Numbered from the stretch's first letter, positions 7,598 to 16,268 are shown. The stretch: DNA of 32,000 nucleotides from Pyrodictium occultum (GCF_001462395.1 NZ_LNTB01000001.1:286400-318399), one strand, 5' to 3'. Program-made: numbers and translations. Notes: a model not told the origin generated them from the letters alone.

Positions 7598-9430
7598 GTG
7601 TGCGGCATAGCCGGCGTGGCCAGCCTCGACGAGAGGCCGGTCAGCTCCAGGCTGGTCGTGGAGGCCCTGGAGGCTATGAGGGAGAGGGGCACCGAGCACG
7701 GCGCGGGCTACGCTGCCTACAGCCCCGAGCCCCGCGGCCTAGTGCGCGTCCGCGTCTTCACCCGCGTGGGGGTGGACGAGGAGGCGGAGGAGAGGCTCCT
7801 AGGCCCCCTGGCCGTCTCCGGCCCTAGGAGGCTGGTGGACCTCGGCCACGGGGTGGCGGTGGACGAGTGGCTCCTGGCCGACTATCCGCCGGCGGAGGTC
7901 CTCGGGGGGCTCTGGGTCCTCCAGGCCTCCCGCTACCTGGAGGTGTGGAAGAGCATAGGCTGGCCGGGCGAGGTGGCCTCCGCCTACCGGCTCGGGGGCC
8001 GCGAGGCGAGGGCGTGGATAGGACACACCCGCTACCCCACCAACAGCCCCGGGTTCCAGCCCTGGCTCGCCCACCCCTTCTCCATGGGCGAGACGGTGAT
8101 AGTGCACAACGGGGACCTCAGCAGCTACGGGTCAAACCGGAGGCTCGTCCAGTACCGCCTTGGGCTGAAGAAGTTCACGGGCAACGATAGCGAGGTGATA
8201 GCCTACCTGATAGAGATGCTGTTCCGCGACGGCTACACGGCCGCCGACGTGGCCGAGGTGCTCTCGGGCGCCCGCGGGCCCCGCTGGGCCCGGCTCGACG
8301 GGCCCCACGCGGTCATATACATCCACGGTGAGGCCCGGGGCCCCGTCTTCGGCGCCTTCGTGGACCAGCACCACCTCCGGCCCCTCTACGTGACCGTGAC
8401 CGAGGACCGGGTCTACGTGGCCAGCGAGGCGGCGGCGGTCAAGGCGATGAACCCGGCCGCCAGGCCCCGGATGCTGCGCGGCGGGGGCTACGTGGTGGTC
8501 TACCCGGACGGCGAGGTGGAGGCGCGGGGGCTGGCCGGGGGGAAGCCGCTCCCCGAGCCGCCCAGGCCCCCCGCCTGGGCGGTGGACGCCAGCAGGATGA
8601 GCAGGGTTGAGCTGAACCAGGCCCTCGCAGCCATGCTCGAGCGGGCAGGCTACGCGGCCGCCTACAACCTGGCCGGCCACCGCTACGTGGCCAATGGGCT
8701 GGGCCCCGGGAGGCTCGAGCTGTGGGGCATCGTGGGCAATGCTAGCCTTAACCTGGTCCGGGGCCTTGACGCCAGGATCTACGGGGACGCCCAGGAGGAC
8801 CTGGGCGACAGCATGGAGGGCTCGCGGGTGGTAGTCTATGGCAGCGTCGGGGACACCGCCGGCCAGGCTATGAGGAGCGGGGAGCTCCACGTACTGGGGG
8901 ACGCTGGCAACAGGCTGGGGGTCCAGATGAAGGGCGGGGTGATAGTGGTTAGGGGCGACGTGGGCGACTACCTCGGCGAGTTCATGGCGGGGGGCACAAT
9001 AGTGGTCCTCGGCAGGGCCGGCCGCTACATAGCCAGCGGCATGGTGGGCGGGAGGATCTACATCCGTGGCCGCGTCCCCCTCAGCCACATAGGCAAGGCG
9101 CCGCCGAGGAGCCAGGTGGAGCGCTACATAAGGGCTATGGCTGAGCGGGGCGAGATATCCAGGGAGCAGATGAGCCGCGCCCTCCAGAGCCAGACCGTGG
9201 ACGAGCTGCAGGAGGCCCTGGGGGAGAAGTTCGAAAGGCTGGCGAAGCTCTGGGGCGTGCTCCACGTGGGCTACCCCCATGCAGAGTACCGCTACCTCCG
9301 CGGCGACGAGGTCGAGGAGCTGGGCAAGATACTGAGGAGCCACGTGGACGCCACCGGGGTGGCGCTGGACGTTGAGGAGCTGCTCACCCACAAGTACACC
9401 GTGATAAACGCCGCCAGGGTGGGGCACTAG
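7598..9430 (+). CDS. Fusion of class-II (Ntn) glutamine amidotransferase (GltB domain 1-like) and GXGXG beta-helix domain (GltB domain 3-like)
   Basis: GTG at 7598 is followed directly by CGIAGV. Class-II amidotransferases need an N-terminal Cys. HGAGYA, GHTRYPTNS and HNGDLS fit the Ntn GATase. The C-terminal part has repeated G-x-G runs (YGSVGDTAGQAMRSGELHVLGDAGNRLGVQMKGGVIVVRGDVGDYLGEFMAGGTIVVLG). The ORF track extends to 7529, so a propeptide is possible. Confidence 0.8.
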   Translation: MCGIAGVASLDERPVSSRLVVEALEAMRERGTEHGAGYAAYSPEPRGLVRVRVFTRVGVDEEAEERLLGPLAVSGPRRLVDLGHGVAVDEWLLADYPPAEVLGGLWVLQASRYLEVWKSIGWPGEVASAYRLGGREARAWIGHTRYPTNSPGFQPWLAHPFSMGETVIVHNGDLSSYGSNRRLVQYRLGLKKFTGNDSEVIAYLIEMLFRDGYTAADVAEVLSGARGPRWARLDGPHAVIYIHGEARGPVFGAFVDQHHLRPLYVTVTEDRVYVASEAAAVKAMNPAARPRMLRGGGYVVVYPDGEVEARGLAGGKPLPEPPRPPAWAVDASRMSRVELNQALAAMLERAGYAAAYNLAGHRYVANGLGPGRLELWGIVGNASLNLVRGLDARIYGDAQEDLGDSMEGSRVVVYGSVGDTAGQAMRSGELHVLGDAGNRLGVQMKGGVIVVRGDVGDYLGEFMAGGTIVVLGRAGRYIASGMVGGRIYIRGRVPLSHIGKAPPRSQVERYIRAMAERGEISREQMSRALQSQTVDELQEALGEKFERLAKLWGVLHVGYPHAEYRYLRGDEVEELGKILRSHVDATGVALDVEELLTHKYTVINAARVGH

Positions 9431-10830
9431 CCCCCGGCCTGGGGGCAGCCGTCCCGCCACGGCATATCCCTCGGGGTGACCACCGCGGCCGCCTCCACCG
9501 GCTCAGGGCCCCGGAGCCCCCGGAGGTAGAGGGCCACCTCCGCCCGGTAGCCGTGGTAGCGGCGGGGGAGGGCGGCGTAGAGCCTCGCCAGGGTCTCCCT
9601 CGCCACCCGGGCGGCCTCCCCGCCCGAGAGCAGGGACCACTTAGCCTCCACCGCCAGCAGCCTCCTGGACTCCTCGTCTACTACGACCTGGTCCACCTCC
9701 AGGCCGCGGTGGAGGAGCCTGCCGGCCAGCGTGGGCTCGAGCCCCAGCTCCCTCGATAGCCTGGAGACAGCGTGGCCGGCGGCAAGCCTCTCCCAGGCCT
9801 CGGCGGCCAGCTGCTCGGCCCTCCGCACCGCCTCGCGGCGGGCCCCGGGCAGGCCCTCGGCCAGGCCGCTCCAGAGGGGCTCCACCAGGTAGAGCCAGGA
9901 GCGCAGCAGCCTGTCCCCGACCCGGTAGAGCCCCCGGCGGCTGAAGAGGGGCGTCTCGCGCTCCACCAGCCCGAGGTCGGCGAGCACGCGGAGGTAACGG
10001 GAGGCGTGGCTGGCCGGCATCCCGGCCCTGGAGGCCGCCTCCCCGACGCCCGTGGCGCCCTGGGCCAGGGCGCGGAGGAGGGCCAGGTAGGGGTGGGGGT
10101 CGCGGAACTCCTCGCGGAGGAGGAAGAGGGGCTCGTCCGAGAGGGCGCCCCCGGGGCCGAAGAGCGAGAGGTAGGCCTCCACGGGCGCGGTGGAGTCGTC
10201 TATCAGCCGGAGGTATTGGGGCACGCCGCCCAGCAGCGCGTAGAGCCTCACCAGGTCCTCCTCCCCGTAGCGTGGCGCGAAGTAGGGGAGGCACCAGGCC
10301 GGCAGCTCGCCCAGCCGGAGGCGGAGCCTAGCCCTCCCGTAGAGGGGGGCGCCGCCGCCCAGCAGGTCCCTCTCGACCAGCCCGACCAGGCTCCCGGAGA
10401 TCACTAGGAGCAGCCGGGTCCCGGGGAGCACGTGGTCCACGAACCACTGGAGGTCGGAGGCCACGGAGGGGGAGACGCGGAGCCAGTAGGTGAACTCATC
10501 CAGCACTATAGCGGCCCTCCTCCCCTCGAGGAGCCTGGAGGCGAGCTGGAGGAGGTCGCGGAGGCTGCGGAACCCGAGCCTCGAGAGCCCCCCGAGCCCC
10601 AGCTGCTCCTCGAGGCTCCGCGCCAGCTCCTCGAGGTTCTGGCTGCTGCTCCAGAGCCCGGCCTGGAAGTAGGCGTGGGGCCTGCCGCGGAGCCACTCGA
10701 GGATGAGCCTCGTCTTCCCCACCCGCCTTCTCCCGTAGACCACTACGAGCCCGGGCTCGCCCCGGCTCCAGAGCCTTTCCAGCGCCTCCAGCTCCCCGGC
10801 GCGGTCGATGAAGAAGCCCGGGTCCACCAC
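9427..10830 (-). CDS. Archaeal AAA-type ATPase (Arch_ATPase/COG1672-like) with C-terminal wHTH and DUF234 restriction-endonuclease-like region
   Basis: 467 aa. FIDRAGELEAL...VVVYGRRRVGKTRLI is the Walker A region and AIVLDEF is Walker B. A central wHTH-like segment (GVGEAASRAGMPASHASRYLRVLADLGLVE) is followed by a C-terminal EVDQVVVDEE...LLAVEAKW (D...E.K) motif. Confidence 0.8.
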   Translation of the reverse strand: MVDPGFFIDRAGELEALERLWSRGEPGLVVVYGRRRVGKTRLILEWLRGRPHAYFQAGLWSSSQNLEELARSLEEQLGLGGLSRLGFRSLRDLLQLASRLLEGRRAAIVLDEFTYWLRVSPSVASDLQWFVDHVLPGTRLLLVISGSLVGLVERDLLGGGAPLYGRARLRLRLGELPAWCLPYFAPRYGEEDLVRLYALLGGVPQYLRLIDDSTAPVEAYLSLFGPGGALSDEPLFLLREEFRDPHPYLALLRALAQGATGVGEAASRAGMPASHASRYLRVLADLGLVERETPLFSRRGLYRVGDRLLRSWLYLVEPLWSGLAEGLPGARREAVRRAEQLAAEAWERLAAGHAVSRLSRELGLEPTLAGRLLHRGLEVDQVVVDEESRRLLAVEAKWSLLSGGEAARVARETLARLYAALPRRYHGYRAEVALYLRGLRGPEPVEAAAVVTPRDMPWRDGCPQAGG

Positions 10831-10868
10831 TCCCCGGCGCCCCGGGCTCCCGGATGCTACACGCCGAG

Positions 10869-10875
10869 TATTATA
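10869..10875 (-). promoter_or_regulatory. TATA-like box (TATAATA on minus strand) upstream of the ATPase gene
   Basis: Lies in the AT-rich spacer 10831-10914, about 40 nt upstream of the start at 10830. Confidence 0.35.
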
Positions 10876-10914
10876 CCCTGACTGTACTACATCCAGAGGT
10901 AACCAGATAACATG

Positions 10915-11196
10915 TCAATCCCTGTTTTTACATGTTCTCGTCTCCATCCGCGCGGCGCGGTAGAGGACCCTCCCATCGACCACAGCCCTCTCCACAAGCC
11001 CCATCGACTGGAGCTTGTGGAGCTTCCGGGAGGCAACAGACTTGCTCACACCGAGGAGCCGGGCCACCTCGCTGACCCCCAGGGGGCCGCGGCGCCGGAG
11101 CAGCTCGAGTATCCTCCGGTCCCTCTCATCCAGCCCCGGCTCCACAAGCCTCGGCTCCTCGCCCCCATTCCCCGCCGCTAGTAGCTCGGCCCGCAT
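10915..11196 (-). CDS. Winged helix-turn-helix transcriptional regulator (ArsR/MarR/Lrp-N-like)
   Basis: RDRRILELLRRRGPLGVSEVARLLGVSKSVASRKLHKLQSMGLVERAVVDGRVLY is a classic wHTH. The ORF track start is GTG 11220. I prefer ATG 11196 because a GTATAA box at 11237..11232 is too close to 11220. Confidence 0.75.
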   Translation of the reverse strand: MRAELLAAGNGGEEPRLVEPGLDERDRRILELLRRRGPLGVSEVARLLGVSKSVASRKLHKLQSMGLVERAVVDGRVLYRAARMETRTCKNRD

Positions 11197-11286
11197 ACTA
11201 CCCCGTGTAGACACTGGCACCTGGGTCAGCGTTATACCTTAGGACGCTGGTCCCCCGGGCCCCGTACAGCCTGGGGTGCGGGCCCC

Positions 11287-11799
11287 GTGATAGTCGGCGT
11301 TGTGAGCGACACGCATGACGACCAGGAGGCTGTGGCCAAGGCGGCCCGGCTCCTCCTGGAGCAGGGAGCCGAGCTGGTGCTCCACCTGGGCGACATAGTG
11401 GCCCCCTTCACGCTCCGCAGGTTCAGCAGGGAGGGCGTGAAGAGGCTGATAGCGGTCTACGGGAACAACTGCGGCGAGAGGCTGGGCCTGCTGAGGACCG
11501 CTGAGAGCCTGGGCTACGAGATACACGACTGGCCCCACGTGGTCGAGCTGGCGGGGAGGAGGATAGTGATGGTCCACGGCAAGGGCCCCGCGGGGGAGAC
11601 CCGGGAGCTGGTGGAGGCGCTGGCCCGCAGCGGCCGCTACGACGCCGTCCTCTACGGCCACACGCACGAGGTGGATGTGAGGAGGGTTGGCTCAACCCTG
11701 GTCCTGAACCCCGGCGAGGCCTGCGGCTGCCTGACCGGGAGGAGGACGGCCGCCATACTGGACACAGAGACCATGGAGGCCAGGGTGCTCGAGCTCTAG
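11287..11799 (+). CDS. MJ0936/YfcE-family metallophosphoesterase (phosphodiesterase)
   Basis: 170 aa. It has the family's ordered metal-ligand motifs: VVSDTHD, HLGDIV, YGNNCGE, VHGKG and YGHTHE. Confidence 0.85.
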   Translation: MIVGVVSDTHDDQEAVAKAARLLLEQGAELVLHLGDIVAPFTLRRFSREGVKRLIAVYGNNCGERLGLLRTAESLGYEIHDWPHVVELAGRRIVMVHGKGPAGETRELVEALARSGRYDAVLYGHTHEVDVRRVGSTLVLNPGEACGCLTGRRTAAILDTETMEARVLEL

Positions 11800-12269
11800 G
11801 CCCGGGCGCCCCCGGCCTGGAGGAGCCTCCACCGTTTTTTCCTCTCCACCGCCCCGGGGAGCCAGCCGAGGAGGTCGAGGCGGCCCCTCCGGTAGAGGAG
11901 CACAGCCGCGGCCAGCTTGTGGATGCAGAGCGGGTCCCCGGCCAGCCTAGTCGCCGGGCAGCTGCAGGAGGCGCCGCTCGGAGTGACACGGACCAGGTAG
12001 AGCTGCTGCTCCTCCGGCAGCCTGCCCACCCTCGCAGCAGTCACCCTGTGGCCGCCGCCCCGGAGCAGCTCGAGGAGGTCGGTGTGGCTCACCAGCCTCT
12101 CCCTGGGGAGCAGGCCTAGCCTCTGGCTGGGCACAGCCACGACCGCCTCACGGTTTATGCTGACCAGCGTCGAGCGGCGGGCGAGCCGGAGCGCCCGGAT
12201 GATGTCACGGTCCTCGACGCCCAGCCTCCGGAGCCAGGTATACTCCCTCGAAGCCCTGAGCACAGCCAC
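11796..12269 (-). CDS. SWIM zinc-finger domain protein
   Basis: CSCPATRLAGDPLCIH fits the SWIM CxCx(n)CxH signature. The 5' part of the 222-aa track ORF is Pro/Arg/Gly junk that overlaps the neighbouring gene and a TATA box. I place the start at GTG 12269 or 12263, downstream of the TATATAA at 12320..12314. The start is uncertain. Confidence 0.6.
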   Translation of the reverse strand: MAVLRASREYTWLRRLGVEDRDIIRALRLARRSTLVSINREAVVAVPSQRLGLLPRERLVSHTDLLELLRGGGHRVTAARVGRLPEEQQLYLVRVTPSGASCSCPATRLAGDPLCIHKLAAAVLLYRRGRLDLLGWLPGAVERKKRWRLLQAGGARA

Positions 12270-12313
12270 CGCCGCCGCCCCCTGGGCCCGTCCTGTAGAG
12301 GCGCGGCGTAGCC

Positions 12314-12320
12314 TTATATA
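12314..12320. promoter_or_regulatory. Near-palindromic TATA element TTATATA shared by divergent genes
   Basis: Only AT-rich heptamer between the SWIM gene (minus) and the MBL hydrolase gene (plus, GTG 12404). It reads as a TATA box on both strands. Confidence 0.3.
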
Positions 12321-12403
12321 GAGGCGTGACGAGGGCCGTGGAGCCGCCGCGCCGGAGGCCCTAAGGGGGCCGGCCACGCAGCGCCTAGGGAGGGTCCCGG
12401 GCC

Positions 12404-13357
12404 GTGGAGCCGCTGGAGACCCTAGACCTGGGCTACGCCCTCGTCCAGGTGCTGGATGCGACACCCGAGGGCTTCGGAGTCGACTACATACGCTCCTACA
12501 TAGTCGACGCCGGCGGCCCGGCGGTGGCGGTCATAGACACGGGCCCCGCCTCCACCGCCGAGGCGGTGGCGGAGGCGGCGGCCAGGGCCGCGAGGGGGAG
12601 GCGCGTAGAGGTGATAGTTACCCACGTCCACCTGGACCACGCCGGCGGCGCCGCCCGGGTGGCGAGGCTCCTCCACGCGAGGGGCCTGGAGGCGAGGATC
12701 CGGGCCCACCCCAGGGGCGCGCCCCACCTGGTCGACCCGGCCTCCAGGCTCTGGCCGGCCGCGCGCAAGACCCTCGGGGAGCTGGCCCTGCTCTACGGCG
12801 AGCCCGAGCCGGCCCCCGCCGGCGTGGTGGCTGAGACGGGGGACGGCGAGGAGATAGCACTGGGGGCGGCAAGGCTCCGGGTGCTCCACACCCCGGGGCA
12901 CGCGAGCCATCACCAGAGCCTGGTGCTCGAGCCCGCCTCCGGGGGAGACGAGGAGAAGCTCCTCTTCACCGGCGACTCCGCCGGCATGTACGACCCCCTG
13001 GATGGGGGCCTGGCGCCCACCACGCCGCCGCCCCTCAGGCTGGACATGTACCGGGAGAGCCTCCGCCGCATGAAGGCCCTGGGGCCTGGCAGGGTTGCGC
13101 CAACCCACATAGGCGTGGGGCCCGGGGAGGTGCTCGAGCTGCACGAGAGGCAGCTCGATGCCTGGGAGCAGGCGGCCCGGGAGGCGCTGGAGAAGGGGCT
13201 CACGGCCGAGGAGACGCTCCAGGCTATAGCCGGGCGCGACGCCTACACCAGGAGGCTCTACGAGAGGCTCGGCAGGAGCCCCTACGGCCGCCTCATGCTC
13301 ATACTCTCGGTCCACGGCTTCGTAGACTACCTGAAGCGACTCCGGGGGAGGGGCTAG
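12404..13357 (+). CDS. MBL-fold metallo-hydrolase
   Basis: 317 aa. VIVTHVHLDHAGG (HxHxDH motif) plus a downstream HTPGHASH and TGDS fit the metallo-beta-lactamase fold. Confidence 0.85.
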   Translation: MEPLETLDLGYALVQVLDATPEGFGVDYIRSYIVDAGGPAVAVIDTGPASTAEAVAEAAARAARGRRVEVIVTHVHLDHAGGAARVARLLHARGLEARIRAHPRGAPHLVDPASRLWPAARKTLGELALLYGEPEPAPAGVVAETGDGEEIALGAARLRVLHTPGHASHHQSLVLEPASGGDEEKLLFTGDSAGMYDPLDGGLAPTTPPPLRLDMYRESLRRMKALGPGRVAPTHIGVGPGEVLELHERQLDAWEQAAREALEKGLTAEETLQAIAGRDAYTRRLYERLGRSPYGRLMLILSVHGFVDYLKRLRGRG

Positions 13358-13473
13358 CCCCCCGGGCGGCCACGACACAGCGATACCCGGGTTATGGTAG
13401 CGTTGAATAGCCTCCTCTACGGCGCCCGGCCCCGGATGGAGCGGTGGAGCACCCGGCGGAGGGAGGCGCGGCG

Positions 13474-14709
13474 ATGGCCTCTAGGAGCCTCTACTTAATA
13501 GCCGGCGCAGTGCTCGTAGCAGCAATCATAGCGGCCGCCTACTACGCAGCCTCCAGCAGAGAGGCCGGCACAGCCGCCAAGACGGTCACCGTCACCACCA
13601 CTGCAACGGTCACCAGGACTGTGACCAGGACGGTGGCCACCGGTGCCACGGGCACCTGGGCCACCGCGGCTGGCACAGCCACCACCAAGCCGGCGCGGGA
13701 GCTCCTGGTCTACGTCTACGAGGACTTCATGGCCTGGGGAGAAGACCCGAAGCTATTCGACAAGCTCGTGGAGAACTTCACCCGGGAGACCGGGATAAAG
13801 GTGGTGCTCCGCAAGTTCAAAGGCGCCCGCTCCATGGTGGCCCAGGTCATAGCCGAGAAGAGGGTCGGCGCTAGGACAGCCGACGTCGTGGTGGGCGTTG
13901 ACCCGCTGCTGCTCTCGGAGCTCAAGGCACGCGGGCTCGTGGAGTGCTACGCCTCGCCCCAGGCGCCGGCCCAGCTAGTCAGGGCCCTCGACCCGGAGGG
14001 CTGCGCGACCCCGGTGGACTACGGGCTCATAGCACTGGTCTACGACCCCTCCAGGCTCAACGAGACCGAGAAGGCCATGCTCCGCGACGGGGTGACGCTG
14101 GACGAGCTGGTGAAGCTGGCCCCGAGGCTGGTAGTGGAGGACCCGACGCAGAGCAGCACGGGGCTCAACTTCCTCCTCTACACCATAGCCGTCTCCAGGA
14201 TGGAGGGCAGGGACTGGAAGCAGCTCTGGAAGCAGCTGAAGAGCCGCGGCGTAATGGTGGCCCCCAGCTGGGGCGACGCCTACGACGAGTTCTACAGGGA
14301 GGGGAGCCCCAGGGCGATAGTAGTGAGCTACGGCACCGACCCGGCCTACAGCGCCTGGTACAACGCCAGGAAGGGCCGCGGCGAGAAGCCCAGCATCGAG
14401 GCCACCGTGCTGGTGGCCAACGGCTCCAGGGTGGGCTGGGTCCAGGTGGAGGGCGCGGCGGTGATCAAGGGGGCGCCCCTCGAGGAGGCTAGGAGGTTCG
14501 TCGACTGGCTGCTCAGCCACGAGGTGCAGGACAGGATACCCACCAGCCAGTGGATGATGCCCGTCCGCGGCGACGCCAGGCTGCCAGGCTTCTACCGCTA
14601 CGCCATGGGGCTCGGCAGCGTCGACACCTTGGCTAACACTGGGCTCAGGGCCGGGCCGGGGGAGCTTGAGGAGTGGCTCCGCGACTGGCTGCTGATCATG
14701 AGCGGCTGA
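13474..14709 (+). CDS. ABC transporter substrate-binding protein, thiamine/iron(III)-type (TbpA-like), membrane-anchored with Thr-rich linker
   Basis: ATG 13474 gives MASRSLYLIAGAVLVAAIIAAAYY (signal/anchor), followed by the linker TVTVTTTATVTRTVTRTVATGATG. LLVYVYEDFMAWGEDP...ADVVVGVDPLLL and the C-terminal part fit family-1 solute-binding proteins of the thiamine/Fe3+ group. Confidence 0.8.
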   Translation: MASRSLYLIAGAVLVAAIIAAAYYAASSREAGTAAKTVTVTTTATVTRTVTRTVATGATGTWATAAGTATTKPARELLVYVYEDFMAWGEDPKLFDKLVENFTRETGIKVVLRKFKGARSMVAQVIAEKRVGARTADVVVGVDPLLLSELKARGLVECYASPQAPAQLVRALDPEGCATPVDYGLIALVYDPSRLNETEKAMLRDGVTLDELVKLAPRLVVEDPTQSSTGLNFLLYTIAVSRMEGRDWKQLWKQLKSRGVMVAPSWGDAYDEFYREGSPRAIVVSYGTDPAYSAWYNARKGRGEKPSIEATVLVANGSRVGWVQVEGAAVIKGAPLEEARRFVDWLLSHEVQDRIPTSQWMMPVRGDARLPGFYRYAMGLGSVDTLANTGLRAGPGELEEWLRDWLLIMSG

Positions 14710-16268
14710 GCCTCGGCAGGCTAGGCGGCGCCCTGGCCACGGCGGCGTGGCTGGTGGCGCTGCTCTACACCCTCCCCCTAGCCCTGGCCCTCGCCCTTTT
14801 CTGGCCCCCGGGCTGGCCCCCTCCCTTCAGCCTGCCCCGGGTGCTGGCCTGGACCCTCGCCCAGGCGGCCGCGAGCGCCACCCTGGCCGTCGCAGTGGGC
14901 TGGCCCCTCGGTGTCCTCGCCGGCTTCTACGGCTCCAGGGCGGCCAGGGCCGCGGTGGCCGCCAGCCTAGCCCCCTTCATGTCCCCCGTAGCGGCCGTCG
15001 CCGCGGGGATGAGGGCCCTCTACGGGGAGGGCGGGCTGGCCTCCAGGCTCCTCCCCTGGCTCGAGCCGCTGGCCAGGGGCTGGACCGGGGTGCTGGCGCT
15101 CCACAGCTACTTCAACATAGGCCTCGCCGCCGCGCTGGCTGCGGCCGCGGCGGGCTCCACCGAGGCCGCTGTGGCGGAGCACGCCCGGATGCTGGGGCTC
15201 CGGGGCGCCAGGCTCTGGCTGCGCGTCCTCCTCCCCCTCACCGCCAGGGTCGCGCTCTACGCCTGGGGGATAGCCTTCCTCTACTCCGCCACCAGCGCGG
15301 CGCCGCTCCTCGTGGAGGGCGCGGCGTACCGCTACTACACGCTCGAGGCCTGGCTCTACGTCGTCTACCGCGGCTTCCCCGGCCTGGCCGGCCTCGTCCC
15401 CGTCCTCGCCCTCCTGGAGCTGGGGGCCGCTGCCGCCGCCTCGATGCTCCTTCTGCGCGCCGCCCGGGGGCTCCCCTCCAGCCCGCTCGCCGCCCGGGGC
15501 GAGGGCTCGCTGCCCCTGAGCCGGGGCTGGAGGCTCGCCGCCGCCTCCTACTCGGCGCTGGTCACCGCCTACCTCTACGCCCCGGTGGCCGCCCTCGCCG
15601 TGCAGGCCGCGGGGGCGGATCCCGGCAGGCTGCTGGAGGCCGCGGCCGCGGGCCCGGGGCTGGCGGGGGCGGTGGCTAACAGCCTCGCCTACGCGGCCGC
15701 CGCCACCGCTCTCTCCCTACTTCTGGGGGTCCCCGCCTCGGGCGGGAGGCTCGCCGTGGCTGCGCTCTCCCTCGTGGCGGTGGCGCCCGTCGCCTACGGG
15801 GTCTCGGCCAGCCTCGCCTATTTCCGGCCCCTCTCCCGGCTCCTCGGCGAGGCCAACGCCTCCAGGCTCCTGATAGTGCTGGCCCACACGGCTGCGGGGC
15901 TCCCCCTGGCCAGCAGGGTGCTGGCCGAGGCCTGGGGGAGGCTCCAGCGGGAGGTGGGCGACACCATGCTCCTCCTCGGGCTCCGGGGCGCCAGGCTCCT
16001 CCGCCACATCCTCGCCGCCACGGCCCCCGTGGCCGCCATGGCAGCCGGGCTGGCGGCGGCCGCGAGCCTCGGGGAGTTCGGCGCGAGCATAGTGGTGTCG
16101 GTGCCGGCCACCTGGAGCATGACAGTGCTCGTCTACGAGCTCCTCTCGGCCGGGAGGCTGTTCCACGAGGCCTGCCTGGCGGCCCTCATCCTCGAGGCTA
16201 TGAGCCTCTCAGCCATACTCCTGGCGCAGGCGGCGGCGGGGAGGCTGGCTGGCCAGGGGCGCCTCTAG
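14673..16268 (+). CDS. ABC transporter permease, duplicated (two 6-TM halves; ThiP/FbpB-like)
   Basis: 531 aa, Ala/Leu-rich, many hydrophobic segments in two similar halves. It overlaps the binding-protein gene end. No ATPase gene follows. Confidence 0.8.
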   Translation: MAPRLAADHERLSLGRLGGALATAAWLVALLYTLPLALALALFWPPGWPPPFSLPRVLAWTLAQAAASATLAVAVGWPLGVLAGFYGSRAARAAVAASLAPFMSPVAAVAAGMRALYGEGGLASRLLPWLEPLARGWTGVLALHSYFNIGLAAALAAAAAGSTEAAVAEHARMLGLRGARLWLRVLLPLTARVALYAWGIAFLYSATSAAPLLVEGAAYRYYTLEAWLYVVYRGFPGLAGLVPVLALLELGAAAAASMLLLRAARGLPSSPLAARGEGSLPLSRGWRLAAASYSALVTAYLYAPVAALAVQAAGADPGRLLEAAAAGPGLAGAVANSLAYAAAATALSLLLGVPASGGRLAVAALSLVAVAPVAYGVSASLAYFRPLSRLLGEANASRLLIVLAHTAAGLPLASRVLAEAWGRLQREVGDTMLLLGLRGARLLRHILAATAPVAAMAAGLAAAASLGEFGASIVVSVPATWSMTVLVYELLSAGRLFHEACLAALILEAMSLSAILLAQAAAGRLAGQGRL

